Assembly (NCBI GenBank): GCA_003697105.1
Contig: RFFQ01000186.1
Coordinates: 1 to 51,145 of the forward strand
Length of the DNA stretch: 51,145 nt
Source: Gemmatimonadota bacterium
GTDB lineage: Bacteria > 4572-55 > J002
Direction of reading: 5' to 3'
Shown here: positions 10,742 to 22,517 of the stretch, piece by piece
Numbering within the stretch: the first letter of the stretch is position 1
Layout of the letters: every line of letters begins with the position of its first letter
Position numbers and translations under genes: made by a program
Notes under the pieces: generated by a model
The model's database searches: none
The model's input: only the letters and a program-made list of their open reading frames with translations
Told to the model about the DNA's origin: nothing

Positions 10742-10765
10742 ATGAAACGGGTCAGATTTGGTAAC

Positions 10766-10805
10766 GCGGCGGCAAGATGATACCGTATAACGTCGCCGCT
10801 TTTTT
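10766..10805 (+). terminator. Putative intrinsic terminator
   Basis: GCGGCGGC...GTCGCCGC stem with a large loop, followed by T6. Confidence 0.5.
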
Positions 10806-10817
10806 ATCGGGTTGGAT

Positions 10818-11513
10818 ATGGCAAAAAAAGCATGGCGCAAGCGCCAACATACTGAGAAGTACTTCAAACGGGCTAAAGCGGAGGGCTACCGTGCCCGTTC
10901 GGTCTATAAATTTGATGAGATTAACAAGAAATTTCGTCTGATCAAATCCGGTGATGTGGTATTAGACCTTGGCGCCGCACCGGGTAGTTGGAGCCAGATC
11001 GCGCAGAAAATTGTCGGAAAAACCGGTAAAGTGATTGCGGTTGACATCCAACCCATGTCACCAATCTCCGGTGTTACTATCATTCAAGGCGATGTTCGTG
11101 ATCCAGAAGTCCAGCAACATATCCGGCAACAGGCGGAACACCATTATTTTGATGCGGTTATTTCGGATATAGCGCCCAACACGACAGGCATTCCGCTGGC
11201 GGATCATGCACGATCCATTGAGCTAAGCCTGTTTGCTCTGGCAACTGCCATCCGGTGGCTGCGCCCGGGTGGGAATTTTATCACTAAAGTGTTTCAAGGC
11301 GAGGATTTCCCGCACTTGTTTAAGTTGACCCGGCGCTATTTTCGCCAAGTAAAATCGGTATCTCCTGCCGCCACTCGTAAGGAGAGTAAAGAGATTTTTA
11401 TGGTCGCTCATGGACTCCGTGCTCGGGCTGACCTGGACCCGCATCACGGTCTTATGGCACTACTCGCGCTTTCGCCCCAACCGGTTTCCGGCGACGAATC
11501 AAAAGGATGTTGA
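10818..11513 (+). CDS. rlmE: 23S rRNA (U2552-2'-O)-methyltransferase RlmE/FtsJ
   Basis: YRARSVYK, DLGAAPGSWSQ, SDIAPNTTG, KVFQG, RKESKE. Confidence 0.92.
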   Translation: MAKKAWRKRQHTEKYFKRAKAEGYRARSVYKFDEINKKFRLIKSGDVVLDLGAAPGSWSQIAQKIVGKTGKVIAVDIQPMSPISGVTIIQGDVRDPEVQQHIRQQAEHHYFDAVISDIAPNTTGIPLADHARSIELSLFALATAIRWLRPGGNFITKVFQGEDFPHLFKLTRRYFRQVKSVSPAATRKESKEIFMVAHGLRARADLDPHHGLMALLALSPQPVSGDESKGC

Positions 11514-11649
11514 AAAAAAGTCATTGCAAATTTGCCCCTAAAGGGTTATTTTCCCCTGCTATCTCAACTTTTTTGGAGACGCCTAACGTGTTTATTTTGT
11601 GTACGTTAGGTATTACTTTGTTCAAATTTATTGAGGAGGTATCCATGCG

Positions 11650-12063
11650 ATGGCAAATCCGTCCACGACAAATGCGTTTGGTCCCCACCTGATGTTGGAC
11701 CTGAATGGGTGTAACCCCGAAAAATTGAAGGATTTCGACTTGATTTTTGATATTTTGAATGAATTACCAGACAAAATCGGCATGACCAAAATTACCCAAC
11801 CGTATGTTTTTAAATATTCCGGGCTTGTTCCTGAAGATAAAGGGATTACCGGCTTTGTAGTCATTGCCGAGAGCCACATTTCCATTCACACATTTCAGGA
11901 GAAAGATTACGTGTTTATCGATTTATTTTCCTGTAAAGATTTTGACTATGAGTACGCGAAAGAATATTTGATTAACGTTTTTGAATCCAAAAATCCGATG
12001 GTTTATACGACGATGCGCGGGCTTGATTTTCCCCGTCACAACGCCCCTACAAAAGATACTTGA
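11650..12063 (+). CDS. speD: S-adenosylmethionine decarboxylase proenzyme (SpeD/SpeH family)
   Basis: GPHLMLDL; self-cleavage motif IAESHISIHT; DLFSCK; GAGGAGG upstream. Confidence 0.88.
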   Translation: MANPSTTNAFGPHLMLDLNGCNPEKLKDFDLIFDILNELPDKIGMTKITQPYVFKYSGLVPEDKGITGFVVIAESHISIHTFQEKDYVFIDLFSCKDFDYEYAKEYLINVFESKNPMVYTTMRGLDFPRHNAPTKDT

Positions 12064-12150
12064 CTGGCGGCATCCCGTTATGTTCAACTACCTTCATTTA
12101 AAGAACATTATGGTTGACTGACGGCGAACAGATTCCGGTTATATCCACTA

Positions 12151-12188
12151 AAAAAGGAGTGCTAAACATCATGTTCAGCACTCCTTTT
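12151..12188. terminator. Bidirectional intrinsic terminator between convergent speD and GT4
   Basis: AAAAGGAGTGCTAAACAT / ATGTTCAGCACTCCTTTT inverted repeat. Confidence 0.8.
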
Positions 12189-12233
12189 GCGTATGTCCCG
12201 GCTCCCTCGCACAGCCGGGGTTATCCCGTATAG

Positions 12234-13481
12234 TTAATCTAACATGCCATGATTTTTTTCGATGGCGAGTTCATATACACCGAGTAGCATTTCTGCCTGT
12301 TTTACCGGATCGTACAAATTTTTTACCCGCTGGTACCCTTTTTCGGCGTATGTCGCGGCGAACGTTTCGGATCGCAACACCTCCATGATCTGTTTTGCCG
12401 CTCCTTGAGCATCTTTAGGCTCAAAATAGATGGCGGTATCCCCCATTGCCTCCTCGAAAGGTTCGATTCGAGAGGCAACTACCGGTTTTTTCATAATCTG
12501 GGCTTCAATTGATGAAATCCCGAAACCTTCTTGTGTACTCGGCATCAAGACCACGTCTGCGGCGCTATAAAGTTGGGGCATCTGTTCATCCGTGATTTGA
12601 TTTAGTAATAAATGCACCCGGTGGTACAGGTCGAGTTCTCCCAATCGATCATTGTATAGGCGTAACGCCTCGTTAATCCCTGCCGGATTTGCCGAGGAGC
12701 CGCCACTAATGACCAGATGCGCATTGGGAAACTCTTTTAGAATCAACGGCATTGCCATCATCGCTGTTTCAAATCCTTTACGGCGTTGGAGCCGGATGGG
12801 TGCCAAAATAACCTGATCGGAATCGGTTAAGCCTAACCGTTTACGGAACATGTCTCCCGGTATATTTTGATTAAATTTAACCGGACTGGCACTCGGGTTC
12901 ACGATGGTAATCAGTTTTTCAGGGATACCACCTTCAATGCAATGATTTGCCACATAATTACTTAAGACCACCACTTGAGCGACATTAGAGTTGGTATAAA
13001 AATTTTCGGCAGCTTGGGACATCTCCCGGCTGGGGAAATAGTCGGTAAAAAAGCCGTGAATGGAGTCCACATACGGGATATTATGGTATAAATTTAAGAT
13101 TTCCCCCGCGAATGTGGCTGTAAAATGGGTATGGATTACATCAATTTTATACTTTTTGATGAGAGGCAAGGCATCCATTACCAGTTGTAGGTTTTGCGCT
13201 CCCCAACCGGCGTGGTCATCGTTAGTACGCCACCCGCCAATTGCGTTATCTTCCACCGGATAGCTCCAAAAAATATCTTTAACGCTGGTACGGTGTACCT
13301 GTACCCCATCAATGATTTCATCCGGTGGTAAATCCAACCCATTGTTCGGTACAATCACGTGTACCCGGTGCCCTAAATTACATAATTCTCTGGCATTACT
13401 ATGGATATAGGTTTGAATTCCACCCGAAACCGGCAGGTAACTATGGGCTAATACGGCAATATTCAAAGAGACATCCGACAT
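12234..13481 (-). CDS. Glycosyltransferase family 4 (GT-B)
   Basis: YLPVSGGIQ, RLQRRKG, EGFGISSIEA (E-x7-E), KPVVAS. Confidence 0.9.
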   Translation of the reverse strand: MSDVSLNIAVLAHSYLPVSGGIQTYIHSNARELCNLGHRVHVIVPNNGLDLPPDEIIDGVQVHRTSVKDIFWSYPVEDNAIGGWRTNDDHAGWGAQNLQLVMDALPLIKKYKIDVIHTHFTATFAGEILNLYHNIPYVDSIHGFFTDYFPSREMSQAAENFYTNSNVAQVVVLSNYVANHCIEGGIPEKLITIVNPSASPVKFNQNIPGDMFRKRLGLTDSDQVILAPIRLQRRKGFETAMMAMPLILKEFPNAHLVISGGSSANPAGINEALRLYNDRLGELDLYHRVHLLLNQITDEQMPQLYSAADVVLMPSTQEGFGISSIEAQIMKKPVVASRIEPFEEAMGDTAIYFEPKDAQGAAKQIMEVLRSETFAATYAEKGYQRVKNLYDPVKQAEMLLGVYELAIEKNHGMLD

Positions 13482-13511
13482 GAATAAATCCCCCTACGTT
13501 GGGTGTGTACT

Positions 13512-13542
13512 AAAAAACCAGCGTGCTTCCACACTGGTTTTT
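13512..13542 (-). terminator. Intrinsic terminator after lon
   Basis: AAAAAACCAGCGTG / CACACTGGTTTTT hairpin. Confidence 0.65.
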
Positions 13543-13582
13543 CATCAAAAACAAAACGACAGATACAATGGATAGTTGCGCT

Positions 13583-16030
13583 TCAATGGGCATAACGACC
13601 GGTATTTTCATGGAGCAATTCCCGATCATTTACTTCTGTTGTTGCCAGAGGGAAGACCTGTTCTGCATCTGTTGCCAACGCGATATTCAGCACCTCGTCC
13701 GCGGTGCTAGCCAAATGAATAATCAACCGTTTCCGGATCATTGCCGGAATTTCTTTGAGGTCTTTTTCATTTCGTTTGGGAATGATCACGGTTTTCAGAT
13801 CGGAACGCAAGGCGGCAACCAGTTTTTCATTCAATCCGCCAATTGGTAAAACATGACCCCGCAGGGTCATTTCCCCCGTCATCGCGATGTCATGGCGCAC
13901 CGGAATGTTGGTCAACGCGGAGACCAACGCCGTGGTGATCGTAATGCCGGCAGAGGGACCATCCTTTGGCACGGCGCCTTCCGGGATGTGGATATGGAGG
14001 TCTGTTGTTTCATGGAAATTGGGGTCAATCTTCAAAAATTCGGCGCGACTTCGAACATAACTAACTGCCGCTTTCGCCGATTCTTGCATGACTTCCCCTA
14101 GTTTACCGGTCAAGACGAGATTTCCTTTGCCTTTCAGCACGACCACTTCAATCGTGAGTACATCACCACCGACTTCGGTCCATGCCAAACCGGTTGCCGC
14201 TCCTACCCGATCCACTTTATCCACATCTGCCTCAAGAAATTTAGGGACACCCAAATACTGCTCCAAATTATTGGGTTGAATGCGATACCGTTTAGACCTT
14301 TTTTTGCCGGCAACTTTCCGTGCCGTTTTGCGACAAATATGCGCAATCTCCCGTTCCAGATTTCGCACACCAGCTTCTCGGGTGTAGGCATGAATTAATT
14401 GGTGAATGGCTTTGTCCGAAAAGGTGAGTACCTTCTCGGATAACCCATGCTCTTTCAACTGCTTTGGTATTAAAAAGTGTTTGGCAATTGCAATTTTTTC
14501 GTGATCCAGATAGCCCGGTAACCGGATAATCTCCATCCGGTCCTGGAGCGGTAGGGGGATGCCGTACAAGGAATTAGCCGTGGTGATAAACATCACTTCG
14601 GATAAGTCGAAGTCCACATCTAGGTAGTGGTCATTAAAGGTTTTATTCTGTTCGGGGTCAAGCACTTCCAATAGGGCGGAGGTGGGGTCTCCCCGAAAGT
14701 CAGCCCCCATTTTGTCCACTTCGTCCAGTAAGAAGACCGGATTTTTAGAGCCGGCTCGTTTCAAGGATTGAATGATCCGCCCGGGCATTGAGCCAATGTA
14801 GGTGCGGCGGTGACCGCGAATTTCCGCTTCGTCTCGCACCCCTCCTAGTGAAATTCGGACAAATTCACGTCCTAGCGCCCGAGCGATGGAGCGCCCTAAA
14901 GATGTCTTCCCCACGCCAGGGGGACCAACCAAGCACAAAATAGGACCCTTCATGTGATCCACTAATTTCAGTACCGCCAGATATTCCAAAATGCGTTCTT
15001 TGACCTTTTCTAAGCCATAATGATCTTCATTGAGGATTGTCTCTGCCCGTTCCAAATCCAGATTATCGGGAGTCCGAATTGCCCACGGCATGGAGATCAA
15101 CCAATCCAAATAGTTTCGTATGACGGTACTTTCCGGGGACATCGGTGGTGTCTTTTTGAATTTATCCAGTTCTTTGAGGGCTTTTTCTTCCGCTTCTGGA
15201 CTCATTTTGGCGTTCTGGATGGCTTGTCTTAGCTCATTTACTTCATCAGCGACTTCTTCGTAGCCATCTTCGCGTCCTAATTCGCGGTTGATTACCTTCA
15301 ATTGCTCTTGAAGATAAAACTCCTTTTGGCTTTTTTGCATTCGGTCTCGAACTTCATCTTCAATCTGCTTTTCCAGTTCCAAAATTTCAATCTCTTTGGA
15401 AAGTGCTAGCATCAGGGATTCAAGTTGCTCGGAAATATCATTCATCTCTAAAATCTTTTGTTTTTCAGCAACGCCGATAGCGGTATAAGCCGAGATCAAA
15501 TTAACCAGATGGTTGGCATCATGTAGGTTTCCGACTGAAATTAGAATTTCATCGGGGATGCGGGGATTGAGTTTAACATACTGGACAAATTGCCCCATGG
15601 CACTGCGCAACAATGCCGATACGCGTTTATCGGAGGGGGATGGGGGAGTGTCTTCAATCAATTCAATCCGTGCCATGAGGTATTCTGGATGGGGTAAAAA
15701 TCGCTGAATGCGGGCACGTTTGATACCTTCGATAAGGACTTTCAACGTACCGTCTGGCAAGCGGAGAATTTGAACGACTTTGGCAACGGTACCAATACGA
15801 TACATATCGACCCGGGACGGGTTCATGACCTCGGAGTTTTTTTGGGTTACTAGCAAAATCAACCGGGGGTCTTCATTTTCCATCACTTTTTCCAAAGCAA
15901 GGACTGAGGAATCTCGCCCGACCAACAGGGGCATTACCATATTCGGGAAGATCACAATGTCTCGCAAAGGTAAGATGGGTAATCGATCTGGGATATGTTG
16001 CATGTTTTCAAATTGATTTAAGAAATCCAT
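13583..16030 (-). CDS. lon: Lon (La) ATP-dependent protease
   Basis: LPILPLRD, Walker [25 protein letters not shown] catalytic Ser. Confidence 0.97.
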   Translation of the reverse strand: MDFLNQFENMQHIPDRLPILPLRDIVIFPNMVMPLLVGRDSSVLALEKVMENEDPRLILLVTQKNSEVMNPSRVDMYRIGTVAKVVQILRLPDGTLKVLIEGIKRARIQRFLPHPEYLMARIELIEDTPPSPSDKRVSALLRSAMGQFVQYVKLNPRIPDEILISVGNLHDANHLVNLISAYTAIGVAEKQKILEMNDISEQLESLMLALSKEIEILELEKQIEDEVRDRMQKSQKEFYLQEQLKVINRELGREDGYEEVADEVNELRQAIQNAKMSPEAEEKALKELDKFKKTPPMSPESTVIRNYLDWLISMPWAIRTPDNLDLERAETILNEDHYGLEKVKERILEYLAVLKLVDHMKGPILCLVGPPGVGKTSLGRSIARALGREFVRISLGGVRDEAEIRGHRRTYIGSMPGRIIQSLKRAGSKNPVFLLDEVDKMGADFRGDPTSALLEVLDPEQNKTFNDHYLDVDFDLSEVMFITTANSLYGIPLPLQDRMEIIRLPGYLDHEKIAIAKHFLIPKQLKEHGLSEKVLTFSDKAIHQLIHAYTREAGVRNLEREIAHICRKTARKVAGKKRSKRYRIQPNNLEQYLGVPKFLEADVDKVDRVGAATGLAWTEVGGDVLTIEVVVLKGKGNLVLTGKLGEVMQESAKAAVSYVRSRAEFLKIDPNFHETTDLHIHIPEGAVPKDGPSAGITITTALVSALTNIPVRHDIAMTGEMTLRGHVLPIGGLNEKLVAALRSDLKTVIIPKRNEKDLKEIPAMIRKRLIIHLASTADEVLNIALATDAEQVFPLATTEVNDRELLHENTGRYAH

Positions 16031-16059
16031 GTAAATCCTTAATTGTTATTTTTTTGATG

Positions 16060-16087
16060 AAAAACCCAGTGATTGTCTCACTGGGTT
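16060..16087 (-). terminator. Hairpin/terminator between clpX and lon
   Basis: AACCCAGTGA-5 nt-TCACTGGGTT perfect stem, T-run on the minus strand. Confidence 0.65.
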
Positions 16088-16124
16088 ATCGAAACAGAAT
16101 CATACTTATGACGGATAGCGGTGG

Positions 16125-17402
16125 TTACGCGAGTTTTTTCTCTGCTTCCTCGCCACGGAATAAGTATAATGGGTCGCTTTTGCGAAAGATAACATCTTTG
16201 GAAATCAGGCACTCTTCGATATTTTTGCGGGAAGGTAATTCATACATAATATCGATCATCACGCTTTCCATAATGGATCGCAAGCCGCGGGCGCCGGTGC
16301 CGCGTTTGATGGCGGATTGGGCGACGGCTTTCAGGGCATCCTCGGCAAAATTCAAGCGAACCCCTTCCATTTCAAACATCTTTTTGTACTGTTTGGTCAG
16401 TGCATTTTTGGGGCGCGTCAGAATATCCACCAAGGCGGCTTCGTCGAGTTCATCAAGAGTGGCAATCACCGGTAACCGTCCGATAAGTTCAGGTATCAAG
16501 CCGAAAGCCAGCAGGTCTTCCGCTTCCAGATGGACTAAAATCTCACTAAGGGGTTTACCTTCAAACGATTCGGGTTTTGCATTAAATCCGACCGCATTGC
16601 GTCCTAAGCGGTGTGCGACGTGGTCTTCCAGATGTACAAAAGCGCCACCGCAAATAAAAAGGATGTTCCGCGTATCAATTTGGACATATTCCTGATGCGG
16701 GTGTTTCCGTCCCCCTTTGGGCGGAACATTGACGACGGTGCCCTCTAGCATTTTTAAGAGGGCTTGTTGGACACCTTCTCCGGAAACATCGCGCGTAATT
16801 GAGGGGCTATCACTTTTCCGGCTAATTTTATCGATTTCATCGATGTACACCACGCCAATTTGAGCTTTTTCCACGTCATAGTCCGCAACTTGAAGCAAGC
16901 GCACCAAAATATTTTCCACATCTTCGCCGACATATCCGGCTTCAGTCAAGGTGGTGGCATCTACGATGGTAAACGGTACTTCCAGCATTTTTGCCAATGT
17001 TTGCGCCAGCAGGGTTTTGCCGGTACCGGTGGGTCCGATCAGCAGGATATTACTTTTTTCGAGTTCCACGTCTTCGGTATCATCAATCCGGTTGGTATAT
17101 TTGGCTGAAAGGCTGATGCGTTTGTAGTGGTTATACACCGCAACAGATAAGACCCGTTTTGCGCGATCCTGCCCGATGATGTATTCATCCAACATTTGCT
17201 TGATAGCGGTGGGTGTCGGTAATTCTCGCCGGTCGAGGGGTTTTTCCATGCCCAATTCTTCGTTCAGAATCTCATTACAGAGCGTGACACACTCATTGCA
17301 AATATACACATCTGGTCCGGAGACCATTCGTTCCACTTCATTCTCTTTTCGCCCACAAAACGAGCATTTGACATTTCGAACCTGGCGGTGGTAACGTGCC
17401 AC
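16125..17402 (-). CDS. clpX: ClpX ATPase (GTG start)
   Basis: CSFC...CNEC zinc finger, [25 protein letters not shown] loop. Confidence 0.97.
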   Translation of the reverse strand: MARYHRQVRNVKCSFCGRKENEVERMVSGPDVYICNECVTLCNEILNEELGMEKPLDRRELPTPTAIKQMLDEYIIGQDRAKRVLSVAVYNHYKRISLSAKYTNRIDDTEDVELEKSNILLIGPTGTGKTLLAQTLAKMLEVPFTIVDATTLTEAGYVGEDVENILVRLLQVADYDVEKAQIGVVYIDEIDKISRKSDSPSITRDVSGEGVQQALLKMLEGTVVNVPPKGGRKHPHQEYVQIDTRNILFICGGAFVHLEDHVAHRLGRNAVGFNAKPESFEGKPLSEILVHLEAEDLLAFGLIPELIGRLPVIATLDELDEAALVDILTRPKNALTKQYKKMFEMEGVRLNFAEDALKAVAQSAIKRGTGARGLRSIMESVMIDIMYELPSRKNIEECLISKDVIFRKSDPLYLFRGEEAEKKLA

Positions 17403-17416
17403 GTTAAACCTCCCTT

Positions 17417-18004
17417 TTATTTTTCGGGCTTCAAAATTTGGTCAACAATACCGTAATCCATGGCTTCTTGAGCTTGCATAAAGAAATTTCGTTCGGTGTC
17501 TTTCTCGATTTGCTCAATTGATTGTCCGGTGTGTTCTGACAAGATTTCGTTTAAGCGGTTACGAATATTGAGGATTTCTTTGGCATGGATTTCAATATCG
17601 GATGCTTGTCCCTGAACACCACCCCATGGTTGGTGGATCATGACCCGAGAGTGGGGCAAGGCAAAACGTTTGCCTTTTGTACCGGCGGCGAGTAGTACGG
17701 CACCCATACTTGCACATTGTCCAACGCAGATGGTGGAGACATCGGCTTTAATCACTTGCATTGTGTCATAAATCGCCAATCCGGCAGTGACGCTACCTCC
17801 GGGGCTGCTGATATACAAGTGAATATCTTTTTCAGGGTTTTCGGCTTCAAGGTGAAGTAGTTGGGCGACCACTAAGCTTGCCGTTGTATCTTCAATGACG
17901 GTATTCAGAAAGACAATCCGTTCTTTCAGGAGACGGGAGAAAATGTCAAATGCGCGTTCGCCTCGTCCAGTTTGTTCCAGAACCATGGGTACATAAAAGC
18001 TCAT
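17417..18004 (-). CDS. clpP: ClpP protease subunit
   Basis: [25 protein letters not shown]. Confidence 0.97.
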   Translation of the reverse strand: MSFYVPMVLEQTGRGERAFDIFSRLLKERIVFLNTVIEDTTASLVVAQLLHLEAENPEKDIHLYISSPGGSVTAGLAIYDTMQVIKADVSTICVGQCASMGAVLLAAGTKGKRFALPHSRVMIHQPWGGVQGQASDIEIHAKEILNIRNRLNEILSEHTGQSIEQIEKDTERNFFMQAQEAMDYGIVDQILKPEK

Positions 18005-19431
18005 GCGGTTACCTCTTTTTCAGGGGAGGGTTCAATAGTTTCCGGGGTTGATGAGGTGGTGTCTTGGGTTTCTTCTTCAGCGGAGATAGAGATTGGTGAA
18101 TCTAAGAAATTCTTCATAAATTCGTCATGCTCTTCTTTTGTTGAAATTTTTTTGAGTTGGATGTCAGCCTTATCCATCAGGAGATCTACGATTTTTTCCT
18201 CAAGGATAATATCTTCAAGTTGTCTGATTTGGTCGCCTTCTTTTCGCAGTTTTTTGATGTATTTTTGGGGGTCTTGGTTCTGAGAAAGAGCTTCCTCTTC
18301 TAGGATGGTGTCCACTTCTCTGTCGGTGACCTTAATTCCTTCACGTTTGGTAATTTCGCCATATACAAAGTATTCTTTAAGCTGGCGTAACGCATGAGCT
18401 TTTGAGACATTTTCCAATATATCTTCTTTTTCCTCGTCGGTTATGTTTTCATCTCTGAGAAAGATATTTTCCCAGCGTTCTTTCACCGTTTGAGTATATT
18501 CAGCCAGCATTTTTTCCGGTAATTTGACCTCCACTTCTTTAACTAGCTTTCCCAAAACGTGGGTTTTGATAAACTGGCGCTTATAGGATTCCTGTATTCG
18601 CAAAGCCTGGTCATAAAGCTCTTTTTTGAGGTCTTCTAAGGTGTCATGCTGGCTCACTGTTCTGGCGAAGGTATCATCCAATTCAGGGAGTTCAAACCGT
18701 TTAATATCCAACACTTCTATATCAAAATGGAATGTTTTCCCTTGTAATTCTTCGCTTTCATAATCCTCATCATAGGTGATTTCAACGGTTTTGGTGTCAT
18801 TTATTTTTGCACCAATGAGTTGCTTATCAAATTCGGGATGCACATCGCCGCTACCGAGGATAAATTCATATTCTTCTTTTTCTTCAATCACATTACCTTC
18901 GCCATCTTTCAAGATATAGCGAATAACCATCTCATCCTCTTCTAGCGCTCCTTCATCGTCTTCCAAGGGTACCATTTCGCCAATGTCTTCACGCATGCGA
19001 TTGAGCATATCTTCTACGATGCTATCCTCATGATAAAGCGGCACTTCAATGGTCATACTGTCAAACGGGGGGATTTCAAATTCGGGAACAACTTCGACAC
19101 TCACTGAAAATTTCATCGGCTGATCGTCGTTCACTACCACATCGGTTACTTCAGGTGTGCTGACAATCATCAGTTTAGATTCCCCAAATATCACCTCACG
19201 GATAGCATCTTCAATCAGTTCATTGATTGCTTCTGTTTTTACTTCGTTTCCCAATCGTTTTTTCAGGACCGCTACCGGAACTTTTCCCTTCCGAAACCCG
19301 GGAAAATGGATGTTTTTTCTCACTTCGTTATAGATTTTATTGATCTTCCGGTCAAACTCTTTCTGTGGAATCTCAAATTCAAACACGCGTTGGTTCGGTG
19401 CGGTTTCTTTTAGTTCATAATTATAATTCAC
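18001..19431 (-). CDS. tig: Trigger factor (GTG start)
   Basis: GFRKGKVP ribosome-binding signature; tig-clpP-clpX-lon order. Confidence 0.93.
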   Translation of the reverse strand: MNYNYELKETAPNQRVFEFEIPQKEFDRKINKIYNEVRKNIHFPGFRKGKVPVAVLKKRLGNEVKTEAINELIEDAIREVIFGESKLMIVSTPEVTDVVVNDDQPMKFSVSVEVVPEFEIPPFDSMTIEVPLYHEDSIVEDMLNRMREDIGEMVPLEDDEGALEEDEMVIRYILKDGEGNVIEEKEEYEFILGSGDVHPEFDKQLIGAKINDTKTVEITYDEDYESEELQGKTFHFDIEVLDIKRFELPELDDTFARTVSQHDTLEDLKKELYDQALRIQESYKRQFIKTHVLGKLVKEVEVKLPEKMLAEYTQTVKERWENIFLRDENITDEEKEDILENVSKAHALRQLKEYFVYGEITKREGIKVTDREVDTILEEEALSQNQDPQKYIKKLRKEGDQIRQLEDIILEEKIVDLLMDKADIQLKKISTKEEHDEFMKNFLDSPISISAEEETQDTTSSTPETIEPSPEKEVTA

Positions 19432-19479
19432 GTGGTTTACCTCACTTTGTCAAATCCATAAAAATAGATAAGGTTAGGC

Positions 19480-19564
19480 TGGTGCACGAGGGGGGACTCG
19501 AACCCCCACACCTTGCGGTACTAGATCCTAAGTCTAGCGCGTCTGCCAATTCCGCCACTCGTGC
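19480..19564 (-). tRNA. tRNA-Leu (anticodon TAG)
   Basis: GCACGAG acceptor stem, CTAGA-CTTAGGA-TCTAG anticodon arm, long variable arm, GGTTCGAGT T-loop, encoded CCA. Confidence 0.97.
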
Positions 19565-19597
19565 TAAAATGGTAGCACCTACCGCTCTATGCGGGTG

Positions 19598-19626
19598 AAA
19601 ATACGCCATTTGGGGTGGAAAGTCAA
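19598..19626 (-). promoter_or_regulatory. Putative sigma70 promoter for tRNA-Leu/tig
   Basis: TTGACT-17 bp-TATTTT on the minus strand. Confidence 0.55.
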
Positions 19627-19728
19627 GCCCCAAATCCCAGCCAGAGGCGCTACGTTGTTTATCATAAACAAAAAACGCCCGGTACTCTCACCGAACGTTT
19701 TATCGATTCATATTCAGGATATTAGGGG

Positions 19729-19959
19729 TTAGGCGGTAACGTCTTCAGTGTTTTCGGGTTCCGCTAAGCCATAGCGTTTGCGGAATTTATCCACCCGGCC
19801 GGCGGTATCCACCAATTTTTGTTTTCCGGTGAAAAAGGGATGGCATTCTGAGCAAATTTCTACCCGGATTTCGGCTGCGGTCGAGCGGGTTTTAAACGTG
19901 TGACCACAGGCGCATGTGACGGTGGCTTCTTGGTAGTTTGGATGAATATTCGGTTTCAC
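19729..19959 (-). CDS. rpmE: 50S ribosomal protein L31 (Zn-binding type)
   Basis: [37 protein letters not shown] overlap with the ftsH stop. Confidence 0.95.
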   Translation of the reverse strand: MKPNIHPNYQEATVTCACGHTFKTRSTAAEIRVEICSECHPFFTGKQKLVDTAGRVDKFRKRYGLAEPENTEDVTA

Positions 19960-21950
19960 GCGACTGCTCCTTCCTCTTCGGTGATAGAGTCCGATGAAAA
20001 TGATGAAATAGGGTTGGTCCCATTCTCGGGATTTTCAGATTTATGGTTTGCTAACAAGTGATCAATATCTTCGCTATCGATGGTTTCACGTTCCAGCAAT
20101 GCTTGTGCGATCCCATGGAGCACATCAATATGCTCTTTCAATAAGTTGATCGCCAAATCGTGTGCTTGGGTTACTATCCGGCGGACTTCTTTATCGATGG
20201 CGATTGCGGTCGATTCACTGTAATCGCGATGGGTGGCGATTTCACGACCTAAAAAGATTTCTTCTTCTTTTTTGCCAAAGGTCAAGGGGCCTAATTCGTC
20301 ACTCATACCCCATTCACAGACCATTTTACGAGCGATTTCGGTTGCCCGCTCGATGTCGTTACTGGCGCCGGTCGTTAATTGATTAAATACGATCAATTCT
20401 GCGGCACGTCCTCCCATCATGGATGCCAGCATGTATTCTACATATTCTTTTGAATAGGTGTGGCGTTCATCAATTGGTAAATAATGGGTGACACCCAATG
20501 CGCGTCCGCGCGGGATGATTGTCACTTTATGCACGGGGTCCATCCCCGGCAGGAGTTTTGCCACAAGGGCATGTCCTGCTTCATGATAGGCGGTGGTTTT
20601 CTTTTCTTCATCACTGATGACCAAACTTTTACGTTCCAAGCCCATCATAATTTTATCTTTGGCATCTTCCATATCTGCCATTGTGACGACATCATGGTCT
20701 CGGCGGGCGGCTAATAGTGCAGCTTCATTGACCATATTTGCCAGTTCTGCTCCAGAAAACCCCGGTGTCCCTTTTGCCAGTGTTTTCAAATCCACATCTT
20801 TAGATAGTGGAATTTTGCGGGTGTGGACTTCTAAAATCCCTTCACGTCCTTTCACATCCGGTCGATCCACCACGACCTGCCGATCAAACCGTCCGGGACG
20901 GAGTAGTGCTGGGTCTAGCACATCGGGGCGGTTAGTCGCGGCAACGATAATCACCCCATCGCTGGATTCAAATCCATCCATTTCGGTCAACAATTGGTTC
21001 AGTGTTTGTTCCCGTTCGTCGTGTCCGCCGCCTAATCCCGCGCCACGGTGGCGTCCGACGGCATCCAACTCATCGATAAAAATAATACAGGGTGCATTCT
21101 TTTTACCTTGTTCAAATAAATCTCGCACCCGGGAAGCTCCCACACCCACAAACATTTCCAAAAAGTCGGAACCACTGGTACTAAAAAACGGAACACCGGC
21201 TTCCCCGGCAACGGCTTTGGCGAGCAAGGTTTTGCCTGTACCGGGAGGACCCAGCAACAACGCTCCTTTGGGTATCCGGCCGCCCAAGCGCCGAAACTTC
21301 TCTGGTGCTTTCAGAAAATCAATAATTTCTTGTAGTTCTTGTTTGGCTTCTGTGGCGCCGGCAACATCATTGAACGTGACGCGTGGCTGATTTTCATTAA
21401 ATAACTTTGCCCGGCTTTTACCAAACGAAAATACGCCCCGACCCCCTCCTTGCATTTGGCGCATGAAGAATATCCAAAAAAGCACCAGAAGCAACAATGG
21501 TGACCACGAGATTAACACGCCGGTCCACCAACTGCGTGTCTCCGGTTTAGCATGAATCTTTACCTTATTTTCCCGCAGACGTTCAACAATGTCTGGGATC
21601 ACATCTTGGCTCGGCACGTAAGACTTGAATTCGGTGGGGGTAGTCGTGTCGGCACTATTCTGCGCCTGTTCTAACAGTATGGAATCGGCCCATTTACCGT
21701 GAACTTCATTCTCAATAAAGGTGACTTCCTTAATTTTGCCGGCATCGACATCATCCAGAAATTCACTGTAGGTGATTTCTTGCACATGAGCTTCATTAGA
21801 CTTCCGAACAATTTGGTATAAGCCGATGGAGAGCAAAAAAATTAACAGCCATGCGGAAACTGTTTTGACAATTTGTGACCCTTTGGCATTGGGGTCTGGT
21901 TTTTTTGATGATGTTTGCTTTTTTTCTTCAGGACTGTTTGAATCCGCCAT
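19956..21950 (-). CDS. ftsH: ATP-dependent Zn metalloprotease FtsH
   Basis: Two TM helices, [24 protein letters not shown]. Confidence 0.97.
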   Translation of the reverse strand: MADSNSPEEKKQTSSKKPDPNAKGSQIVKTVSAWLLIFLLSIGLYQIVRKSNEAHVQEITYSEFLDDVDAGKIKEVTFIENEVHGKWADSILLEQAQNSADTTTPTEFKSYVPSQDVIPDIVERLRENKVKIHAKPETRSWWTGVLISWSPLLLLVLFWIFFMRQMQGGGRGVFSFGKSRAKLFNENQPRVTFNDVAGATEAKQELQEIIDFLKAPEKFRRLGGRIPKGALLLGPPGTGKTLLAKAVAGEAGVPFFSTSGSDFLEMFVGVGASRVRDLFEQGKKNAPCIIFIDELDAVGRHRGAGLGGGHDEREQTLNQLLTEMDGFESSDGVIIVAATNRPDVLDPALLRPGRFDRQVVVDRPDVKGREGILEVHTRKIPLSKDVDLKTLAKGTPGFSGAELANMVNEAALLAARRDHDVVTMADMEDAKDKIMMGLERKSLVISDEEKKTTAYHEAGHALVAKLLPGMDPVHKVTIIPRGRALGVTHYLPIDERHTYSKEYVEYMLASMMGGRAAELIVFNQLTTGASNDIERATEIARKMVCEWGMSDELGPLTFGKKEEEIFLGREIATHRDYSESTAIAIDKEVRRIVTQAHDLAINLLKEHIDVLHGIAQALLERETIDSEDIDHLLANHKSENPENGTNPISSFSSDSITEEEGAVA

Positions 21951-21970
21951 GCCGCGATAATCCCCTTTCT

Positions 21971-22498
21971 CTAGTCTTCCTCTAACACACCAATATACGG
22001 TAGATTCCGGTATTGCTGTGCATAATCTAACCCATAACCCACGACAAAGCGATCCGGTACTGAAAAACCCACATAATCTGGCTCAATATCGATCTTCCGG
22101 CACTCATCTTTACTCAGCAAGGAGCATATTTTCAATGTCTTAGGGCTACGGAGTTCAAGTTCGCGGCTAATATAATGTAAAGTCAAACCAGTGTCAACAA
22201 TATCTTCCACCAAGATGACGTCTCGATTGACGATGTCCACTTGCAAGTCATACAGCATTCGCACCACTCCAGAAGACTTAGTGGCGTCGCCGTAACTTGA
22301 AAGAATCAGAAAGTCCATTTGGGTGGGCACCGTAATATGACGCACCAAATCTGCCATGAAAATAAATGCGCCTTTGAGCATTCCAACAAAAATCAGGGGT
22401 TGTTCCACCGTTTGATAGTCTCTGGAAATCTCGGCGGCTAATGCTTTTACCCGTGTTTCGATTTGCTCGGGGGTAATTAGGATGTCTCCAATTTTCAT
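21971..22498 (-). CDS. hpt: Hypoxanthine phosphoribosyltransferase
   Basis: [33 protein letters not shown]. Confidence 0.96.
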   Translation of the reverse strand: MKIGDILITPEQIETRVKALAAEISRDYQTVEQPLIFVGMLKGAFIFMADLVRHITVPTQMDFLILSSYGDATKSSGVVRMLYDLQVDIVNRDVILVEDIVDTGLTLHYISRELELRSPKTLKICSLLSKDECRKIDIEPDYVGFSVPDRFVVGYGLDYAQQYRNLPYIGVLEED

Positions 22499-22517
22499 GC
22501 TACACTTTACCTTTTTA

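Noticed and set aside
12061-12125. 11-bp near-direct repeat TGACTG(G/A)CGGC after speD
   Set aside because: Too short and imperfect to distinguish from chance.
19442-19633. Short ORFs across tRNA-Leu
   Set aside because: They overlap a clear tRNA gene.
16054-21390. Long antisense ORFs (16054-16695, 20593-21390; likewise 10016-10660 and 46688-47275)
   Set aside because: Shadows of well-supported genes on the opposite strand, with no recognisable motifs.
21971-22498. Missing tilS upstream of hpt-ftsH
   Set aside because: Gene-order variation here is common and uninformative on its own.
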